DNA of 50,592 nucleotides, taken from the NCBI GenBank assembly GCA_964624785.1, contig CAZUXR010000004.1, positions 1-50,592 of the forward strand, read 5' to 3'. This DNA comes from an uncultured Candidatus Saccharibacteria bacterium. Lineage in GTDB: Bacteria > Patescibacteriota > Saccharimonadia > Saccharimonadales > UBA10212. The position numbers and the translations under genes were made by a program. Positions 46,919 through 50,592 of the stretch are shown here, piece after piece. The notes under the pieces are model-generated. The model was not told the origin of the DNA. It was given only the letters and a program-made list of their open reading frames with translations, and did not search any database. Position 1 is the first letter of the stretch. The number at the start of each line of letters is the position of its first letter.

Positions 46919-48642
46919 TGTATAAAAAATATATATTTTTATCACTAACTATATCGATAATTGCAAGTCTGTTTGGCTCGACGGCGTCAGCCATATCAGG
47001 GTCAGAATTTCAAGCTGGACGCATTATGGACGATGGCGTTTTCTTTAATGCGAACACTCTCGATACGGCAGGCATACAAGCCTTCCTTAATAGCAAAGTC
47101 CCGGTCTGCGACACCAACGGTACTCAGCCTTATAATGGAACAACCCGCGCCGCATACAGTGCTAGTAAAGGTCACCCAGCTCCATTTACTTGTCTGAAGG
47201 ATTATCGTCAGGATACACAAAGCCTAGCGTCCGAGAATGGTTTATGCAATACCTACAATGGGGGCAATAAATCAAGTGCTGAAATCATTTACGATGTTGC
47301 CCAAAGTTGTGGGATCAGTCCTAAAGTTCTAGTTGTTTTGCTCGAAAAAGAACAATCTCTAGTTACGGATGACTGGCCTTGGGATACACAGTACAAAAGC
47401 GCTACTGGTTATGGTTGTCCCGATACTGCACCTTGCGATGCTGAATACTATGGCTTCTTTAACCAGGTATATAATGCTGCTAGACAATTTAAACTTTACG
47501 CACTTAAGCCCACTTTGTTCAGCTACAGAGCAGGAAGAAACAATTATGTTCAATATAGCCCTATAGACTCATGTGGAGGATCTGACATATATATTCAGAA
47601 TCAAACAACGGCTGGGTTATATAACTATACTCCCTATCAGCCGAACGCATCCGCTTTGAGTAACTTAAACGGCTCAGGCGATAACTGTTCTGCCTACGGT
47701 AATCGTAACTTTTGGTATTTGTATTATAAATGGTTTGGATGGCCTTTCGGCCCAGTTAGGCTAGTTGACAGCCCGGCAACAATAAGTTGGGGGGGTGGCA
47801 GAATCGATACCTTTGGTAGAGGTGCTGATGGAGCATTGTGGCAAAAATGGTACGATCCCTCATCAGGCCAGTGGCAACCATGGGCTAAACTCGGCGGCAC
47901 ATTATCTTCTGCGCCTGCCGTTACTACATGGGGTGTTGGGCGTTTAGATATCTTTGCCACAACAGCTGCTGGTGACCTGCAACACTACTGGTATGGTAGT
48001 GGTTCCTGGCAAGCCTGGGAGTCACTTGGTCAACCCTCAGCCAGCGTAAAACTAGTTTCGGCTCCGGGCGCGGTCAGTTGGGGTGACGGGCGCATAGATA
48101 TCTTTGGACGGGGTAGCGATGGTGAATTGTGGCAAAAATGGTACGACGTGCGAGTAGGTGGTTGGCAACCATGGGTTCATTACGCTGGAGTACTAAACTC
48201 TGCGCCTACAATTGCCTCGTGGGCTCCCGATCGACTCGATCTCTTCTCAATTGGCCCCGCTGGCGACCTGCAACACTACTGGTATTCCAGTGTAGCAGGT
48301 GGTTGGAAGTCGTGGGAGTCTTTAGGTAAACCTGCGGGAAATGTTAGCCTTACGTATGCTCCGGGCGCGGTCAGTTGGGGTGACGGGCGCATAGATGTAT
48401 TAGGACGCGGTAGCGATGGGGTGCTATGGCACAAGTGGTATGACGTGCGTGCGGGTGGTTGGCATGACTGGGCACGCTTTACTGGCGTACTAGATTCTGC
48501 CCCTTCCGTTAGCACATGGGGGCCGGGGCGACTCGATATCGCATCCAAGGGCCCCGCTGGTGACCTGCAACACTACTGGTACGCAGGCAATGGTGGCGGT
48601 TGGAGTACCTACTGGGAGTCACTAGGCATACCTGCCCCTTAA
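46918..48642 (+). CDS. Secreted protein: lysozyme-like N-terminal domain plus PLL/fucose-lectin-like propeller repeats
   Basis: Signal peptide; ISPKVLVVLLEKEQSLV, GYGCPD, LYNYTPYQPN, YGNRNFW; six repeats of SAP..(S/T)WG.GR(I/L)D.F..G..G.L...W(Y)...W..W..LG. Confidence 0.75.
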   Translation: MYKKYIFLSLTISIIASLFGSTASAISGSEFQAGRIMDDGVFFNANTLDTAGIQAFLNSKVPVCDTNGTQPYNGTTRAAYSASKGHPAPFTCLKDYRQDTQSLASENGLCNTYNGGNKSSAEIIYDVAQSCGISPKVLVVLLEKEQSLVTDDWPWDTQYKSATGYGCPDTAPCDAEYYGFFNQVYNAARQFKLYALKPTLFSYRAGRNNYVQYSPIDSCGGSDIYIQNQTTAGLYNYTPYQPNASALSNLNGSGDNCSAYGNRNFWYLYYKWFGWPFGPVRLVDSPATISWGGGRIDTFGRGADGALWQKWYDPSSGQWQPWAKLGGTLSSAPAVTTWGVGRLDIFATTAAGDLQHYWYGSGSWQAWESLGQPSASVKLVSAPGAVSWGDGRIDIFGRGSDGELWQKWYDVRVGGWQPWVHYAGVLNSAPTIASWAPDRLDLFSIGPAGDLQHYWYSSVAGGWKSWESLGKPAGNVSLTYAPGAVSWGDGRIDVLGRGSDGVLWHKWYDVRAGGWHDWARFTGVLDSAPSVSTWGPGRLDIASKGPAGDLQHYWYAGNGGGWSTYWESLGIPAP

Positions 48643-50178
48643 TTAAGTAGGCTTATTGTTGGGTGGGATAAATTCGTACAGAGAGTAATACGTATTCTTT
48701 TCTAGGCGTTCGATTTGAAATAGTTGTTTAAGATATGGTCGCCATTGGGTGGGCGCAAGACCGGCAGGCAGGCATGTTGGGCAAGGCGCATAAAATACAA
48801 AGTAAGTTGGCATGATCTTTGCGCGCTCCAAAAGTTGAACCGGGGGCGTTTCTTCTAATGGGTAGTAGCCATCAATGATAATATTGGTATTACCATTAAA
48901 ATAATCTTTTAGTGCGTATGGCATAAGTCCGAAGGTCCCCTGCGTACCCACATAAATTTGTTGGTTTAGGGATTTAGCACGCAAGAAATCAACAGTGCGG
49001 CTAACCCCAACACCCGACGCATATCCAGCGATAAATTGACTACGATCTACTTGGGGTAGTCTGGCCTCACCAAAGTTAGTAAGTATTGTGTAGTCCTTGT
49101 GTGCCATAAGCAGTAATGCAGTGGCACAGACGGCTACGGTAATGTAGGTCTTCTTAAAGTGTCCCGCAATATACATAGCACCATAGGCCGCCAGCACGAG
49201 CAGCGGCATAGTCATAAATAAAATATACCGCGGAAAAATAACTTTACCAAATAATGCAAGCGCCGAAAATGGCATCAAAAACCACAAGGCCAGCAGGAGT
49301 TTTTGTTTTAGATATTGTCGCTCAACAACAAAACTAAACAGAACAAGAGTCAATATTGGCAGGGTGAGGTAGGAGACCAAAAAGCCAATCATCATACGTA
49401 AATTACTAAATAAGTACATAAATGGATGGTGGATCCATTCACTAAAAGGGTAGACGAATATGTGATTTTTGTCGGCTATGAAATGAAAGTTAGGCGAAAG
49501 CCTAAGAATAGAGTAGCTAGCAAAAGAAATAATTGTAACCGTACTAGCAAGTAGCCCCCAACGCATTAAACGCTGATGACGCCCTCGCTTTTTAAAGTTA
49601 AACAGAAGTAGTGATCCTGGGAATAAGTACAGGAAGAAGAACGCGCTTGATTTAGTCAGCAAACCAGCACTTATAAATATAGCAGCGCCGAGCGCTGCAC
49701 GAGCGTTCAAACGACGCACCAGTCTTACTTCAAAATACAGTGCCCAAACGGCGAGCGCCGTCAGAAGAGAATCATAAAGCGCTAGTTTGTCATAAAGCAT
49801 AGTAAATGGGCAAAGCACGTACAGCGCTGTGGCGAATATAGCGATCCTTTTTGCTTCAAACAGCTCCCGAGCGACAAAATAAATACCTACTGCAGTGAAC
49901 ATCCCAGCTACTACTGAAAGAGAACGCGCACCAAGTAGTGGGTCGCCAAATACATTCAGGAACGGTGCAGCAAGCCACACAAATAAAGGCTGCTTACCAT
50001 CCGTCAGCGAGATAAACATCTGGTGGGTATCATTACTAAATATCTGTGCCCAGCGAATATATATCGATTCATCTGTAAATATAGGTATGTCTAGCAAATG
50101 ATACAATCGTGTAAATAAATATAGTGCCGCCAATGCGAACATCAATATATAGGTACGGTGTTGCCCGCTAAGCTTCAT
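48643..50178 (-). CDS. GT-C (GT39/ArnT-like) glycosyltransferase
   Basis: IFTDESIY, GKQPLF, LGARSLS, GLLTK, PRY; multi-pass membrane protein. Confidence 0.85.
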   Translation of the reverse strand: MKLSGQHRTYILMFALAALYLFTRLYHLLDIPIFTDESIYIRWAQIFSNDTHQMFISLTDGKQPLFVWLAAPFLNVFGDPLLGARSLSVVAGMFTAVGIYFVARELFEAKRIAIFATALYVLCPFTMLYDKLALYDSLLTALAVWALYFEVRLVRRLNARAALGAAIFISAGLLTKSSAFFFLYLFPGSLLLFNFKKRGRHQRLMRWGLLASTVTIISFASYSILRLSPNFHFIADKNHIFVYPFSEWIHHPFMYLFSNLRMMIGFLVSYLTLPILTLVLFSFVVERQYLKQKLLLALWFLMPFSALALFGKVIFPRYILFMTMPLLVLAAYGAMYIAGHFKKTYITVAVCATALLLMAHKDYTILTNFGEARLPQVDRSQFIAGYASGVGVSRTVDFLRAKSLNQQIYVGTQGTFGLMPYALKDYFNGNTNIIIDGYYPLEETPPVQLLERAKIMPTYFVFYAPCPTCLPAGLAPTQWRPYLKQLFQIERLEKNTYYSLYEFIPPNNKPT

Positions 50179-50280
50179 ATCGTTCAGTGTAACTGGCAGA
50201 GTATGTTGATGGCAATCCTGAATATGGTGACGGCTTTATGCTACCTATAATGTAGAATACTTAAGTAATATTATCAATAT

Positions 50281-50592
50281 ATGAAAACAGTAATCACGCC
50301 CAGTCTTAACCGCGCTACATTCCGTAAGATAGCAATTATCATATCTTTGAGTTTGCCTGTCGTGATCTATGTCTTTAAGTTTAGTCTACTGCAACGTCAT
50401 GGCATATTTCAGGGGGAAGATTGGGACTATTTTGCACAAAATTACGAAGCAGCACGCATTAGTATAGTGCACTACCACCAGTTCCCATGGTGGAATTCAT
50501 GGTCAGTTGGAGGCCAACCACTATTCGCAAATCCACATAGCTCCCCCACAATTCCCACCGAAGGATATGCAAATTCCAGCGTCTGGTTCAAT
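50281..50592 (+). CDS. Partial (runs off window) YfhO-like/GT-C membrane protein
   Basis: Not in ORF track: MKTVITP...TM...GEDWDYF...HQFPWWNSWSVGGQPLFANP, matching the PxWNP-GGxPxxAxP-type pattern. Confidence 0.7.
   Translation, partial: MKTVITPSLNRATFRKIAIIISLSLPVVIYVFKFSLLQRHGIFQGEDWDYFAQNYEAARISIVHYHQFPWWNSWSVGGQPLFANPHSSPTIPTEGYANSSVWFN

Noticed and set aside
47770-48640. Near-identical repeats as DGR template/variable regions
   Set aside because: All copies are in frame within one ORF, differences are not adenine-specific, and there is no reverse transcriptase in the window.

Overview
Chromosomal window from a small-genome, low-to-mid GC bacterium. Gene style and content (short intergenic regions, extended -10 TGnTATAAT-like promoters, short non-discriminating AspRS, truncated LexA, class F sortase, many single-pass secreted proteins) point to Patescibacteria/CPR, most likely Saccharibacteria (inference). 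1-12 kb: housekeeping and transport genes (aspS, CNNM/CBS, DsbA, NRAMP, Kef-type antiporter), a class II cobalamin-riboswitch-like leader in front of a 776-aa acidic orphan, and a GH63-like hydrolase. 12-20 kb: a 2041-aa surface protein with 14 propeller-like repeats inserted inside a LamG domain, followed by a MacB/FtsX-type ABC transporter. 21 kb: tRNA-Asn(GTT) invaded by a small GIY-YIG gene. A palindrome-disrupted copy of the tRNA 5' end lies upstream of the nuclease, and the nuclease's last codons supply the new tRNA 5' end; this is the best candidate for an undescribed element. 21.6-26 kb: sortase F plus substrate, glutaredoxin, GDH, PAP2. 26.7-50.6 kb: a large surface-glycan locus (3 GtrA, Wzy_C/O-antigen ligase-like, priming transferase, GT4, manB/manC, frameshifted uxs, 2 GT2, 4 GT-C, methyltransferase). 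It is interrupted by AbrB-PIN and Fic/VbhA modules, a displaced duplicate of the GT4 3' end, and two secreted putative cell-wall-hydrolase/lectin-repeat proteins. All calls come from motif reading only; no database search was run.
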